64,000 nucleotides of DNA. It comes from Amphiura filiformis (taxonomy: Eukaryota). This document shows, one piece after another, positions 1-12,430 of this stretch. Under the pieces are notes generated by a model, which was not told the DNA's origin, ran no database searches, and was given only the letters and a program-made list of their open reading frames with translations. Every line of letters starts with the position of its first letter. Within the stretch, counting starts at the first letter, position 1. A program made the position numbers and the translations under genes. Location of the stretch: positions 36,987,911-37,051,910 of the forward strand of contig NC_092646.1 in the NCBI RefSeq assembly GCF_039555335.1, read 5' to 3'.

Positions 1-506
1 CGTACTGACGCGAGTATAGTCCCACCTTCGAGTAAAGTCCCACCCCAAATTTTCGAACAATTTCAGAAATTTAAAAAAAAAAAAAAAAAAAATTTGTAAA
101 GTTATTATTTTTTCGGCTTTGGAGTGTCCCAGGACCTAGGCCTAAATGCTAGGATCATTCATGGTTGACCTAAAAAAATAAATAAAAAAAATTCAAGATG
201 TTTTGTTATTTTTAATATGAAAATTGATAATTTGTATCAAGTTTTATTTGTTTTCATCTCAATTCACAAAAAGTTATACAATTGGAAATGCAATATAAGA
301 AATTTTCATACTCTATTAATGATTTCAAAATGCATTCAAATTCAATGCATTTTGAAATCATGACATGAATACAAATTATCAATTTTCATATTAAAAATAA
401 CAAAACATTTTGAATTTTTTTTTTTTGAAATTCGAGTATAGTTCCAACACCCAATTTTGAAAAATGTTCACTCAAAAACGGGGTGGGACTATACTCGCGT
501 CAGTAC
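1..506. mobile_element. Foldback-type MITE with 26-bp perfect TIRs.
   Basis: cgtactgacgcgagtatagtcccacc at 1-26 and its reverse complement at 481-506. The interior is itself palindromic around ~335 (aatgcattcaaattcaatgcatttt). The element may extend beyond the window start. Confidence 0.7.
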
Positions 507-880
507 GGTATTTTGCAAGATCTGGATGGGCTCTGTTCAGTACTTACATTTTGTCACTGTGGACCCATGTTGCAGTAGATAGCAAATCAGTACAGGAAAT
601 GAAAATGGGAGAAATGCATTGTGGGAAGTGTAAGATATCTTCACCGGTTGGTCATGCAGTAATCTGTAAATGTCGCTATTTTTAGGGGATGAAAAGCTTC
701 TTATTTTAAGATTAAATTAATGGCTTGTATCATATTTCCGTTTCAATTGAGTAGGCACGTAGGATTTTCCACCTTTGTTACAGGAATATATAGATAATGA
801 GCTTATGGGAGATGATATAAGAATATTGCATCAACAAATTGTGCTCCTGGAGCATTTTAATTTATAGTCTATGCTATAGT

Positions 881-1080
881 CGATTGACCTTTTCGGTAAA
901 TCCCATAACCCTTTGCGAGTACACCTGAGAACTCGTCATTTTACGTCACGCCGACTTGCAATGCGCAGTAATGATGTTCGATAAACGATGTGCGATCGGC
1001 GCAAAAAGCGTGGATTTAAAATGACGAGTTCTTAGGTGTACTCGCAAAGGGTTATGGGATTTACCGAAAAGGTCAATTGA
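881..1080. mobile_element. MITE with ~64-bp TIRs.
   Basis: attgaccttttcggtaaatcccataaccctttgcgagtacacctgagaactcgtcatttta at 882-945 and its reverse complement at 1018-1080. The core is CpG-rich. Confidence 0.75.
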
Positions 1081-1492
1081 TTGTTGATAAATATGAAATG
1101 TGTTATTGCTGAATGCATTTAGTTGAACTTGAAATTATATGTTTATCACAAGAAAAGTGTTCAATAAAATTAATAGTCATGTAAAAAGGTAAATATAATA
1201 ATATTAGTCACATATGTTTTCAGATGCAGCATATCTTGGCATATAATTATAACGAGGGCTGAAATTTGAACAAATCGGGGTTTATTTGTAAATAAGCTAG
1301 TGTATGGGTAAGTGCACTACAGAGAAGTCTAAGAGCATTTGGGCTTAACAAGAACTGTCTTTAAAAAGGATAACGCTTTTGATGAAGATCATGTTTCATA
1401 ATTTTGCATTGACAGGTACTTGGAATTAGAGCATTTAACCCTGCCAACTCTTGAAAATCACTGATCTGAACTGAAATTGGAACATTCAGGTC

Positions 1493-1996
1493 TACACCAG
1501 GCACAAAAAGAAACTCGTCAGTTATATTCATCCTTGTTGTTCAATAACTTGATAATTTTGGATTATTCTGAAACATACATTTTGTTAATTGGACTTTTCT
1601 TTCTCATTTGACACCCTGATCGTGAACATTGAGCAAGAATTGACCAAGATATGCGCCTCCAAACTCTCAAACCCCAAAATGAAAACTTGCAATTTTAACG
1701 ATTCAATTGTGCTTGTTACACTGTGTGCTTTTATTGATTGGCCCGTGGTGCTTGTATGCAATACAACGATGCGTTCACATTGAAAATCGTTGAAAATGCA
1801 ACTTTTGATTTTGGGGTTTGAGGCTTTGGAGGCGCATATCTTGATCAATTCTTGTTTGTTTTTCATGAACAGGGTGTCAAATGAGAAAGCAAAGTCCAAT
1901 TAACAAAATGTATATTTCAGAATAATCCAAAATTATCAAGTTATTGAACAGCAAGGATGAATATAACTGACTAGTTTCTTTTTGTGCCTGGTGTAG
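1493..1996. mobile_element. Long foldback (palindromic) element of ~500 bp.
   Basis: The arms 1493-1740 and 1790-1996 are reverse complements (tacaccaggcacaaaaagaaactcgtcag ... ctgactagtttctttttgtgcctggtgta). The mirror ORFs 1585..1899 (-) and 1589..1783 (+) are artefacts of this palindrome. Confidence 0.8.
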
Positions 1997-2718
1997 TGTT
2001 TTTTGAAGAGTTGGTATGGTTATCACTAAGGCCTGGCAAATTCTCGCTATTAACCAACTATATCTTGCTTTTTAAAAAAGTTTCCAAGCAGTGCACTTAC
2101 TATAAAAATGTTGCTCTATGACATAAACATTCGCCAAATTCCATTAAAATGCAGTTCCAACTTCGTCAAAGTGCAGAATTCAACAGCATTGCAAGCACAA
2201 GGTCGAGTGAAAAAGCCATGCTTTACTCAATAAAAACTGACATTTCATTTCAAATGAGTTCAAGTTTAGGCCAAATATCATTATATTTATTGAATTACTG
2301 GAATATTTTGACTATAAAACATAATTCAAGGTCAAATTTTTGTCACTATTTTCTTCGACACCGGCCGGCCGCGTCGGCAGGTTTGTTTATTTATTGTTCT
2401 GGACAATAGAGGGCAGCAAATTTTTGGATTTTTTTTTTTTTTTTTGATTTTTCACATTTTCGGGCGTTTTGAAAGCTTCTTATGCCATTTTTCGTGGAAA
2501 ATCTCGCCTTTCTCGCTTTTCAACATTTTGGATCTCGTTTTTTACTTCAAAAAAATTGTTTTTTTTTTGCCGGGGCCTAGTTATCACTAATCTATCAATT
2601 ATTTACACATTGCATCTTTAATTCAACTGTATTTTTTTCAAACATAACAGGAATAGGTTTTATATTCATCTTCGTTTAAATATTTGTTTGTTTCCCTTTT
2701 TTTTTTTTTCATTTCTAG

Positions 2719-2905
2719 GTCAGAAGACGTGCCTTCACATCCACGGTGTATTCCCGTACATTTACATTCCCTACAATGGCACAGAACCATTGGATAAATA
2801 CACATTGCAGTTTGCAAACAGCTTAGATTTAGCCATCCAGGTATCCTTAGGGAGGGCATCATCAACAACGGAACATGTTTTCAAAGTATCCCTCGTCACT
2901 GGAAT
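2719..2905 (+). CDS. REV3L: REV3L-like exon (partial gene). Encodes GQKTCLHIHGVFPYIYIPYNGTEPLDKYTLQFANSLDLAIQVSLGRASSTTEHVFKVSLVTG-.
   Basis: Acceptor tttcatttctag|GT at 2717-18 and donor GGAAT|gtaagt at 2906. The peptide closely matches the N-terminal region of human REV3L as I recall it (GQKTCLHLHGIFPYLYVPYDG...STAQHVFKVSLVSGM). The exon ends in phase 2 and the next exon completes the ATG codon. Confidence 0.85.
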
Positions 2906-2930
2906 GTAAGTATGAACCATCAAATCAGCC

Positions 2931-3135
2931 TTAACCCCATGAGAACTACCTGCCGATTGGCCAAAAATAAGTTTACATTATCAATTGACCCAATCAGCAA
3001 CATTGTTAGAATAATTTCACCACACAAAAAAATTGAGGTGAATTATTTCAAAGCTCCATTCTGATTGGTGATAAAAAGTGAAAATATCATGTAATTGACC
3101 AATCAGAGGCAATGTTAGATCGGCAGGTAGTTCAG
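2931..3135 (+). mobile_element. TTAA-flanked MITE (piggyBac-like), copy 1, 3'-truncated at the duplication junction.
   Basis: Begins ttaaCCCCATGAGAACTACCTGCCGATTGG. Contains internal ccaatcag/ctgattgg motifs. Ends ...gatcggcaggtag. Family TIR is ~24 bp: TTAACCCCATGAGAACTACCTGCC / GGCAGGTAGTGCTCAAGGGGTTAA. Confidence 0.8.
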
Positions 3136-3236
3136 TTTGCAAACAGCTTAGATTTAGCCATCCAGGTGTCCTTAGGGAGGGCATCATCAACAACGGAACA
3201 TGTTTTCAAAGTATCCCTCGTCACAGGAATGTAAGT
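3136..3236 (+). pseudogene. Pseudo-exon: a duplicated 95-nt 3' portion of the 2719-2905 exon, including an intact gtaagt donor.
   Basis: Near-identical to 2811-2911 (QFANSLDLAIQVSLGRASSTTEHVFKVSLVTGM plus gtaagt). It is preceded by ...gtagttcag|, a potential acceptor. Its length of 95 nt is not a multiple of 3. Confidence 0.8.
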
Positions 3237-3255
3237 TTGAACCATCAAATCAGTC

Positions 3256-3460
3256 TTAACTCAATGTGAACTACCTGCCGATTGTCCAAAAAGAAGTTTT
3301 CATTATCAATTGGCCCAATCAGCAACATTGTTAGAATAATTTCACCAGGCAAAAAAGTTGGGGTGAATTATATGCAAAGATCCATTCTGATTGGTGATTA
3401 AAGTGAAAATATCATGTAATTGACCAATCAGAGGCAATGTTAGATCGGCAGGTAGTGCAG
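3256..3460 (+). mobile_element. Same MITE, copy 2, inside the tandem repeat.
   Basis: cttaactcaatgtgaactacctgccgattg ... gatcggcaggtagtgcag. Confidence 0.75.
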
Positions 3461-3561
3461 TTTGCAAACAGCTTAGATCTAGCCATTGAGGTGTCCTTAG
3501 GGAGGGCATCATCAACAACGGATCATGTTTTCAAAGTACCCCTCGTCACAGGAATGTAAGT
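3461..3561 (+). pseudogene. Second pseudo-exon copy, again with the donor retained.
   Basis: Third unit of the 325-bp tandem repeat, slightly more diverged (gatctag, cattgag, ggatcatg). Confidence 0.8.
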
Positions 3562-3580
3562 ATGAACCATCAAATTTTCC

Positions 3581-3802
3581 TTAACCCATGAGAACTACCT
3601 GCCGATTGGTCAAAAAAAAGGTTTTCATTATCAGTTGGCCCAATCAGCAACATTGTTAGAATAATTTCACCACACAAAAGAATTGGGGTGAATTATTTGC
3701 AAAGCTCCATTCTGATTGGTGATTAAAGTGAAAATATCATGTAATTGACCAATCAGAGGCAATGTTACATGTGTAGATTGGCAGGTAGTGCTCGGGGGGT
3801 AA
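3581..3802 (+). mobile_element. Same MITE, copy 3, with a complete 3' TIR.
   Basis: ttaacccatgagaactacctgcc ... gattggcaggtagtgctcggggggtaa. Confidence 0.8.
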
Positions 3803-6459
3803 GCCAGAAAGCAACATGCTTGAATTAAAGAAAAAATTCTACTGTTTGTATACTTATCATATGAAAAACTAAGCCTGATACTGTATCAGTATCAGTTGGC
3901 CGTTATAATAAAAAAAAAACACTGGAGGTTCACTGTTTTGGATCCTATGAGTAACAATCCATTATGGAGGATTTCCCATCATACACCTGGCTATGCAGAC
4001 TATTTACCCTAATGCCCCAGACAAGCGCACAGACACACTTTGCCACGGGGGTCTAGCTTGGCTGGCCAAGTTTCTGTGACCATGACTGTTTGCATGATGA
4101 TGCAATCGCATCACATGGGATACCTGCATGTGCAGATACTTTGTGAATTGAGCTCTTTTGATACTTGTTACGGTTAGGGTTAAAAAATGCAAAAACAAAG
4201 AAAGGCAAACCTTTTTTATGAAAGCAGTACCATTCGTCTAGCTTTGAGTTTCTTACATAAACCAAGACATCAGACTTGATGAGCACAAAAAGCACAAAAT
4301 CAATGTTACGTGAAAATTGTCATTTCTATAGTACGGTATATACTCTACATATCAAGATATGCCTTGCACTAGGGCTGCACGACACACACCGACACCGCCT
4401 GGCTAATAATTATTTGGTGGAGCAGAGACACTAAAATGAATACACGGGATCGATACACGTGAATTGCTATGCACGATTTTGATATCAAACGAAAATCGTC
4501 CGATACTGGGTTAGAAATTGATGAATATCTCCATAAATGAATTTTTCTCAAGAAACCAGATGTGGTCTCATACACTTGAAAATACGTGTTGAACAGATAT
4601 GATAGTCGCTAGAATGCGCTTTGAAAATTGGCCGTGCGCTTTGAACTCAAAATTTGACCATTTTATATTGCGTTGGTCCTACAGCGTGCAGCGTGTAGTA
4701 CAGCTGCACTCACTGTAGGCAGTATAAAAGTCGATGACCATTGAACTCAATGGGGTATACAAGCTTATTCACGCACAACCAAGATCGATTACCCGGCTAT
4801 TGTGAGTAGCCTTAGTTATGTCCCTCGACTAATTATTAGTTTTAAAGAGCTTTAAAGGTTTGAACCAAATGGCTAATCGTGGCTGTGGATTCAACCTACC
4901 ATGGTGATTCCTGCCATGAAGATATAGGGTCGATGACACTGTGCGGCATAGGCTTTTTTAGTAGTTGACTATTCGCCACCCAAATAGTCGCGGTTACGAC
5001 TATGGCCAACTATCAAAGGTCAAAATGTCCTAAAGTTCAAGCTTACTTTTTTTGTTCAGAATACACTTAAAAACACATTCACTGCATTGGTGTTCCTGTC
5101 GAAATGAGGGTTCTTCATAACCATAACAAATGAATGCAAATGGCGAACGTCACTAGTACGATCAGCACATCGGAACATTTTATTCACAACAATAAGGCTG
5201 TACGTATTTAAGCAAAAGGACAACATGACATTGAATATATACAGGAAGGAGTAATAGGTAAAGTTATAATTAACTTTCACAAAGATTTTCAAGGTGGTAG
5301 CACAAGTTCTTAGACAATTTTTAGCACCTTTAGTACCTGTCTTTACTTCAATTTTGTTGCTTGTAAGTTGTTGAACGTTCAGGAATAGTCGCCAATTGAC
5401 AATTATTAGTCGTAAGTCCCGACTATCGCCAAATAGTCACAACCTTCACTATTGGCGACTTAGTCATTCAGGCCTAGCTTGCACAACATGATGAAAAGCA
5501 CTGAACAAATTTTAAAGGCACTGCAAACTGTATCAAATTAAGTAATTGAAACCGAGGTATGTGACATTTTCTAAAAATATTAAAAATATAAAATCGCTAT
5601 TTAATTTACATTTTTGTGCTACTAATGGAAAGGGGCTTATGTGAACTTCGTAAAAGATAATCTGAAGCCAATAGCTTGTTGGATCTAGGTCTGTAATAGA
5701 CACATAATTTCTAATTCAACACTTCATCAGGGAAAAAAATATGACAATTGACACGTGTCGAAACTCGTAATGAGTTTTAAAAATGCTGAAAAAGTCAATA
5801 GATAAGCTTGAAATAACGCCGATATGAGTTAAGATTCGTTCTACTTCCGGGTTCTGGTCAACTTTGGGAGGTAATTTTCGACTTACCGATGAAAACATGA
5901 TCATACGGTAAGCTTATTTGGACAAAATAGCATTAGAAATTTCATTTTCTTCTCTTTTGATATGTGTCCTAAAGTGTTGAAGAAGGACAATTTATTTTGA
6001 CATGTCGGATTTAGGGTCATATCGACGATAATACGACAGTCGATAACAGGCATAGTTGGATCTGGGAGCAAGGCATTAGTCAGACGGGTGGCTTTAGGGT
6101 GTCCAAAATGGTCAAAAATACCTTATTTTTCAAAATCAGGGTGTCCACTTCCTATTCACTCCATTATAAAAATCAAAATTTTAGGGTATCCAAATTTAAA
6201 AACAGGGCGTCCAAATGACACCTGGACACCACTCTGGCTAATGCCTTGTCTGGGAGCTATTGCCAGCAGCCATTCCAATGAAGATCAACTTATTTATAGT
6301 TTATAAGTTGAATAGCCTCACTGCTCAAAATATTTATTGCATCATGCATGTGCTCTCAATCGATATCTCACTTCCTCTAAAAGCGTGTTCACATCTAAAT
6401 AGAATGTGCTATCTTCATGTAAATACTTAGGAATATTACTAGATACTAACGAAGGTATA

Positions 6460-6850
6460 AAAAGAGTAAGATTTAAAGCCTTAATGTATGATTTCCGTTG
6501 AATTTTAATTTTGTTATTCTTTATTCAAAATGTTGAAATAATATTAGTAATAACTTAGGAAGGGTTGATGTCCATTTAAAGTTGAAATAACAAGGTAAAG
6601 TGAAAGAAACCCCACTGGTTATTTTGGCTATTTAACATGCAGTTCTATGGGCGGACATATTATCATAATTTTTAAATTATGATAATATGTCGAACTTTGC
6701 TCTGTTTACCTACAAAGACAACACATTTGGCCGATTCCATTTAGGTGCAAGTTGGGACATGTGTAAACATTACAAATATGCAAAACAATCAGGTTTGAAA
6801 AAAATAAACCAATTTCATATTATAAGATCGTACATTATGGCTTTAATCTT
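6460..6850 (+). mobile_element. SINE/MITE-like dispersed repeat, family X, copy 1.
   Basis: ~80-85% identical to 27860-28350 and, in reverse, to 57940-58300. Shared blocks include gtgaaagaaacc(a/c)cactgg, ccatttaggtg(c/t)aagttgggacat and gtaaacattacaaatatgc. Confidence 0.7.
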
Positions 6851-7346
6851 TCCCTAGAGAAGTCCTTTTCAAAAAGGACTTTCTCTAGGGAAAGATTAAA
6901 TCTTACTCATGTTTACTGACCTAGAGTACCAAGTAATTTCAACTCGAAGATATAAAAAGATTGTCTAGCAATAGCATCATATAATCACCTCAAACAATTT
7001 CTGCAATGCAAAAGAGCAAACATTACAACAAAAATGAGAATTTTTTAATGCTTATGTACATTTTTTTGTAGGGTCCATTTTTCTTCACAACAGTGAATTA
7101 TGGACACTGACAACAAAGTTAGAACACAGAGTACCTAGATGTTTTTCAAAGAACTCTTCTTAGAACAATATCCATCACAAAATTAGACAAAATGGCAAAT
7201 GCTGATCTATATACAAACACAAATACTGAACCATGGAGCAAAACCATCAAAAGAAGACGACTAAACTGGGTACTGGGTAGGTCATCTATACAGACTCCCA
7301 GACGAATCTCCAACAGTCAAGCCCTAATTGGCAAATAGGCTTACAT

Positions 7347-7962
7347 TTTAAAGGGGTACTACACCCCTGGCCAATTTTGTGCCTATTTTTGCAATTTTCT
7401 CATTGATGACAAGTAAGATATGTATATTATAGGGGCAAGGATTACAACTACTGCACTGGAAATTTTATTTCAGCACAGACAACACTTGTGGAGTTACAGT
7501 CAAAAATGAGGGAAAACCACTATTTGATCAATAAATCAATAACTACTTGTCTTGAGTTGCTGAATTTTCAGTGCAGTAGTTATATCTTAAGCGCTTCAGA
7601 CTCCGAGTATTATGCGTACAATATTGTATGTACAATATATGCGTTATTTAATCTATTGCCATTCTATTTCCAGTAATGTTTAAGTTCTAACGAATGTTTG
7701 ATGACGAAAAATCGATAATATGTTACATACAATATCTAGCAGAAATATATTATCGATTTTACGTCATCAAACATTCGTTAGAACTTAAACAGTACTGGAA
7801 ATAGAATGACAATAGATTAAATAACGTACATATTGTACATACAATATTGTACGTACAATAAAAAGTCTGTATACTGCTTTACTTGTCACCAATGCGCTAT
7901 AATTTTTGAGAAAAATGCAAAAATAGGCACAAAATTGGCCAGGGGTGTAGTACCCCCCTTAA
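7347..7962. mobile_element. TTAA-flanked foldback element of ~615 bp.
   Basis: ttaaaggggtactacacccctggccaattttgtgcctatttttgca at 7347-7392 and its reverse complement at 7917-7962 (...cccccttaa). The inner palindrome is 7640-7870. A terminal fragment ggtgtagtacccccttaa also occurs at 54433-54455. Confidence 0.8.
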
Positions 7963-8124
7963 ATCGGGATATATAATAATCACAGAATCAGCTATAAGTT
8001 AATGTCACCATAATAAAATGTTAACTCCACAGATCTCCAATCATATTAACTAACTACTGAGCTCTACTGGTTGATACAAATGATACTTTTACATAATAAT
8101 ATAATTAGAATACATTGTATCAGT

Positions 8125-8480
8125 ACCGTATTTCGTCAAATAAACGCCCCTGGGGGTGTTACATTTTCCCAAGGGGGGGGGGGGCGTTTATTCAAGGTCA
8201 ATTATAGAGCGATAATTCCCGTTAAAATCATTAGGTAAAGTAAAAACACACGATAAAATGACGAACTATGAACTAGAAACACTGACTTCTGGCTCACTTC
8301 CGAGTTTCTGATCCAGATTTTCGCCAATTATTGACACTATTATCGACCATGTGCGCAACTTGGTAAGTTTACTACACAAGATAGCATGGAAATATCGGCA
8401 TTTTTGAAACATCTTGGTTGAAAAAAGTGGTGGGGGCATTTATTTGAGGGGGGGGGGGCAACTATTTGACGAAATACGGT
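8125..8480. mobile_element. MITE of ~355 bp.
   Basis: TIR accgtatttcgtcaaata...gcccc at 8125-8150 and its reverse complement at 8455-8480. The subterminal G/C homopolymers are mirrored. Confidence 0.7.
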
Positions 8481-9469
8481 ATGTGTGGGAGTAAGAGATG
8501 GGTCTCACTCTGATTGTCCCAAAAGGTTATGGTATGTGAGTAGGAACAACAGCTACCTGTCTATGTATGACATGGCCTAGAAGAAAGTGTGATGGTCATT
8601 GGTACAGGGTTATGCGGGGTTATGCATTTTTTTGATGATTCTGAGACATCACTCATGTCTTGAAATCAGACAATAGTACATGGCAATGTTCAATTAATGT
8701 AATGTTAATTACGGATGCACTGCAGTGGAGAACTTAATACATATGTATAAACAGCTTTTAACAATTTTTTTATAATAAAACATTGTCTTCAGAGAAAGTC
8801 ATACACCTACATATAATTTAGTATAATGACTCTTGTGATAGTATGTTAGCACACCCATTCTTTTCCCCAGTCTCTCGACAACAATGCATAAATCTGATTT
8901 AACGAATCACTGGTGGAGCCTGCAATTGCATTCTATTGATGAGCTCATTACAAATGGCATTAACCCATCTATAAATACTATTATAATGGAAGGTATTGTT
9001 TGGTTTGAGCTCTAAAAGGTTTGGCATTTTAGAGCAAGAACAAAATGCTGGGGAAGTCATCTGCTTGGGGAATATTTATTTACTCCATTCAGAGAATGGT
9101 GCTGGAATTTAAATTAATAGTCATATTGTACAAAATGTACCGTCTTAGATATGAAATTGGTTAATTTTGTTCAAACCTGATTTTTTTGGGCATATTTGCA
9201 ATTAATTTTTACATATGTCCGAAACGACACCTAAATGGACTGAAGGTATACAGAGCAATGATTAAGACATCAAATTCCCAATAAAACTCCACTTTGATGA
9301 GGCAAATTAGCCAATGTGTGCGGTTTCTTAAAAATACCTTTTTATTTTTGCATACATTTGACCTGATTTGACAGAAACATTTTCTGACAGTTATATATAA
9401 ACTATTATTTCAGCATTTTGAGTGTAGAATGACAAAATTAAAATTTGATGGAAATTTTACATTGCTATA

Positions 9470-9640
9470 ATGATCAACTCTAAGTTGTGGCACCAGGATT
9501 TATTTTTTTTTGGGGGGGCAAAGTGAATTTCTGGGGCGGGGTAAAATCAACAAATTTTGCCCAAAATTGCCGCAAAAAGCGGAAATTTACATAATTTGGG
9601 GGGTTTTGCCTCGAAACAGGGGGGAGGGGGCAAGAAGAAT
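9470..9640 (+). repeat. Dispersed repeat. A second copy lies at 16290-16450 in reverse orientation.
   Basis: ggcaccaggatttttttgggggggcaaagtgaatttc...ttgccgcaaaaagcggaaat matches the reverse complement of 16300-16445. Confidence 0.65.
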
Positions 9641-9789
9641 ATCCACGTAATGACTGCATATAATAAATGTCTTTGAGGTTCAGACCAGGAATTCAGACAG
9701 TGCATGTAGTCTTCAATTTGGAGATCATTGTGCACTGCATAATAATAACTTTCAGTCACACCAATTTTCAAAAAAATATTTTAAATCTA

Positions 9790-10060
9790 GATGATTTGTG
9801 TGGAGGTGTGTGTGTTCTTTCCCCTCAAAGAGGCTAAAAAACCAATCACTAAAAGCTTGACAAATTAAAAAAAATATATCTGACATTGCAAATATATTTT
9901 GAAAATTTTAATTTTTCCCCCTCAAAGAGGCTAAATGTTTTTGAAAAAATTAATCACCAAAAGCTTGCAAAATTGGAAAAAAATCTGACATTTATTGTAC
10001 AAACATATTTTGAAAATTTTTCCCCCTAAACATTTCAGTCAAAATTGATCTACTTTGGCC
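9790..10060. repeat. Tandem repeat, ~110-bp unit x ~2.5.
   Basis: ttttgaaaatttt..ccccctcaaagaggctaaa..aatcaccaaaagcttg(a/c)caaattgg(a)aaaaaa..tctgacatt recurs at ~9830, ~9900 and ~10010. Confidence 0.7.
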
Positions 10061-10502
10061 AAAAAACGGCTGATTTTAATTTCACACAGCTAAATAAATT
10101 CCCCATAATGTAAAATTGGGGTCAGTCGGGCCCGTCGAATAGAGTTTTTTCCATCACCAAATGCAAAAATACACACAGTAACCTTTGGATTTTCTCTGCA
10201 TTTTGCATCTGCAACTCTCTTCATTTCATTTTGCCCATTTCTCCATTGTGAGTGTTTTTGTTGCGTGCCGGTTTCCAAGATACAGAAAAATAATCAAATC
10301 AGTCTGAGCTATATGAAAATGCCTTGTTGATTGAATGTTGATTGAGTTGTGACACGCAACTTGCTATTCAAATTGTAAGCAAGCTATATCATACAACTAT
10401 ACAAGACAATGAAAGGTCTTGTGGATCTAGCGGACTTGCTGCTCTTGTTTATCCAGTACTGTCAAAATGGGAATTTTTTGGGAACACTAATTTTCATGCT
10501 AA

Positions 10503-10660
10503 AGGGATCAGATAGCAACATTTGCACAGTATTTTTTGTGGGGCTGAGAGCACATCAAATTGCATTCTGAATACGAGGAATGTCCTTCTTATATCAAATA
10601 ATTTTGATTTTTTTTTTTTAATTTGTGATATTTTGTGACATTTTATGGTATTGCTCTTAT
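10503..10660. mobile_element. Truncated (left-arm-only) copy of the long-palindrome FB family.
   Basis: cagtattttttgtgggg.tgagagcacatcaaattgcattctgaatacgaggaatgtcc..atatcaaataattttgatttttt matches the left arms at 29010, 45143 and 51104. Confidence 0.65.
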
Positions 10661-11231
10661 ATGTTTTATGGCCACTTTTGATCGATCATTGGAAAAGGGA
10701 TGTGTAGTCAATGAATTAGCCATCTTCTGATTTTTGGTGATTTCTTCCCAGGATTTCTTTACTACTAAATTCAGTGAAATAACCCAAATTACAGCTATTT
10801 TGGGTGCTCCAATTGGACATCTTCTGATTTTGGGTGATTTCTTTTACATCAATTTTAGGTGCCTTTTAACTGTTGTCGCCACTTCGCGAGAATCTGTGAA
10901 TGAAAATATTAATTTGCAGCTTCGCGCGAAGGCATTCATGTATACTTCCATCAAAATATCGCCGAGTATGGCAAAGAATTGTTGCCCGCACTGTGCTTTC
11001 TTATAGAACTTCTCTGGCCTACACCCCAAGTTGAACCAAATACAACTCTCCGCAAAGCGAAGAAACCTGGTCCGCGAAGTTATAAAATTTCAGCTAAAAT
11101 TTCTTCACAGCCTGCAAAATTGCAGCCTCGAAGTGGAGTATACATCAGACTTTACAGCTATTTTGGGTGAATTATTTACTTCTATGTACTACAAATTACC
11201 CAACTATATTTTGGGTGCCTTTGATTGGTAA

Positions 11232-11447
11232 GGAACAAGCCAAAAGATCGATGACGTCCTATAAACGTAACTAGTTTAGTTTCTCAGCCGACCCCCTCCC
11301 TCCCTGCCAGAAACATAATAAAGAAATGTTGAAAATTATTCTTCAGACCGATGTTTTTGTACAAACGTAATCAAGTATTTTTACCCCCTCCCCCCTAAAT
11401 GAAACTAGTTTCGTTTATAGGACGTCATCGATCTTTTGGTTTGTTCC
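11232..11447. mobile_element. MITE with ~38-bp TIRs.
   Basis: ggaacaagccaaaagatcgatgacgtcctataaacg and its reverse complement (11232-11270 / 11405-11447). The same TIR (ggacgtcatcgatcttttggtttgttccctaa) recurs at 52426-52458. Confidence 0.7.
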
Positions 11448-11760
11448 CTAATTGGGCTACTTTCTCATCACCCACCACCCACTCTTTTGATGATGTGATG
11501 CTTGGCTGTATCTTTACATACACGACTGTAGACACAAAGTCATGGCAACCCTTTTATTATGTACTTCTGTACTACAAGTTCAATGAAATTACCCAACTAC
11601 ATTTTGTGTGCCTTTGATTGGTAATTGGGTGCATTTTTATGGTAATTGGGCTACTTTCTCCTCACCCACCACTCCCTTGATGATGTGATGCTTGCTGTAT
11701 CTCATAGACTACAAACGCAAAGTCATGGCAACCCTTTTTATTATCAATACAGTACCTTTC
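11448..11760. repeat. Tandem duplication, ~185-bp unit x2.
   Basis: taattgggctactttctc.tcacccaccac.c..cttttgatgatgtgatgcttg..gtatct....aca..c.caaagtcatggcaacccttttt occurs at 11448 and 11640. Confidence 0.75.
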
Positions 11761-12430
11761 CTTGTCTGCTTCATTCAGTGTAAACCTCTTTGTTGATTGA
11801 GCATCGATCACAACCACTTTAGGCTTTGAAGTACATGTAGCGTGTTAATACTGAGATATTTTATTCACTTTTTACATCACATGGATGGGGATATTATTAG
11901 TTTGCATGTCACTCATTATTAGCATTTGGCTGTGGTGTACAAATGTACATGGCATGTAATACAAACAATACTAGCATAACATTTTGAATTTTATCTTGAA
12001 ATTTTGAATTTTATCTTAAAATTGTGAATTTAACCATAAAATTATAGATTTTATCTTAAAATTATGAATGTTACCTTAGATTATGGGGGAGCCCCTAAGG
12101 TACTTGGGTCCTGACCAAAATTATTATTGCACCCCTCCCCTCCCCCATTTTGACATTATCACATTGACACTCCTTTTTTTTTCACCAAAAGACCAAATGC
12201 AAAGCATTTTTGGGCTTTGGACCCTAATCTGCTACATGTACATGTTAAATATTTTTTTTTTTCAGCTCAAACATTTTTTTTTTAAATCAGGGTTTTCTCA
12301 ATCCTGAAAAATGATGGCAGCCCTAGGCATACAGGTTCGCAATAAAGAGTTAGAATTATGAACAGAAAATGTATGGTCATGTAAATCATACTTGAAAGTA
12401 TACAGTATCAAAATGAATAATGATGCATGC

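Larger units (their letters stand above)
2811..3785 (+). repeat. Tandem triplication with an exact 325-bp period. Each unit carries the exon 3' end, the donor, 25 nt of intron and a TTAA-type MITE.
   Basis: TTTGCAAACAGCTTAGAT starts at 2811, 3136 and 3461. The junctions lie inside the MITE 3' TIR (ggcaggtagt[tg]cag|tttgcaaac), with GCAG microhomology to the exon-internal cattGCAGtttgcaaac. Confidence 0.9.

Noticed and set aside
464-685. 73-aa ORF beginning inside the right TIR of the 1-506 foldback element.
   Set aside because: It starts within a transposon TIR and runs into a dispersed repeat (shared with 37570-37640). There is no coding signal.
1585-1899. Paired ORFs 1585..1899 (-) and 1589..1783 (+) with near-identical peptides (MDFAFSFDTLF... 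and MDFSFSFDTLI...).
   Set aside because: They are mirror translations of the two arms of a ~500-bp palindrome. They are not genes.
1-2718. Search for the upstream REV3L exon (expected ...VPVVRVFGATPA) and the start codon.
   Set aside because: I found no frame encoding it on the + strand in 1-2718. The region is entirely MITEs and foldbacks, so the upstream exons presumably lie outside the window.
4955-5465. Possible ~510-bp MITE with tagtcg-rich inverted ends (gactattcgccac / ggcgactatt).
   Set aside because: The inverted repeats are short and imperfect, and I could not define clean termini or a TSD.
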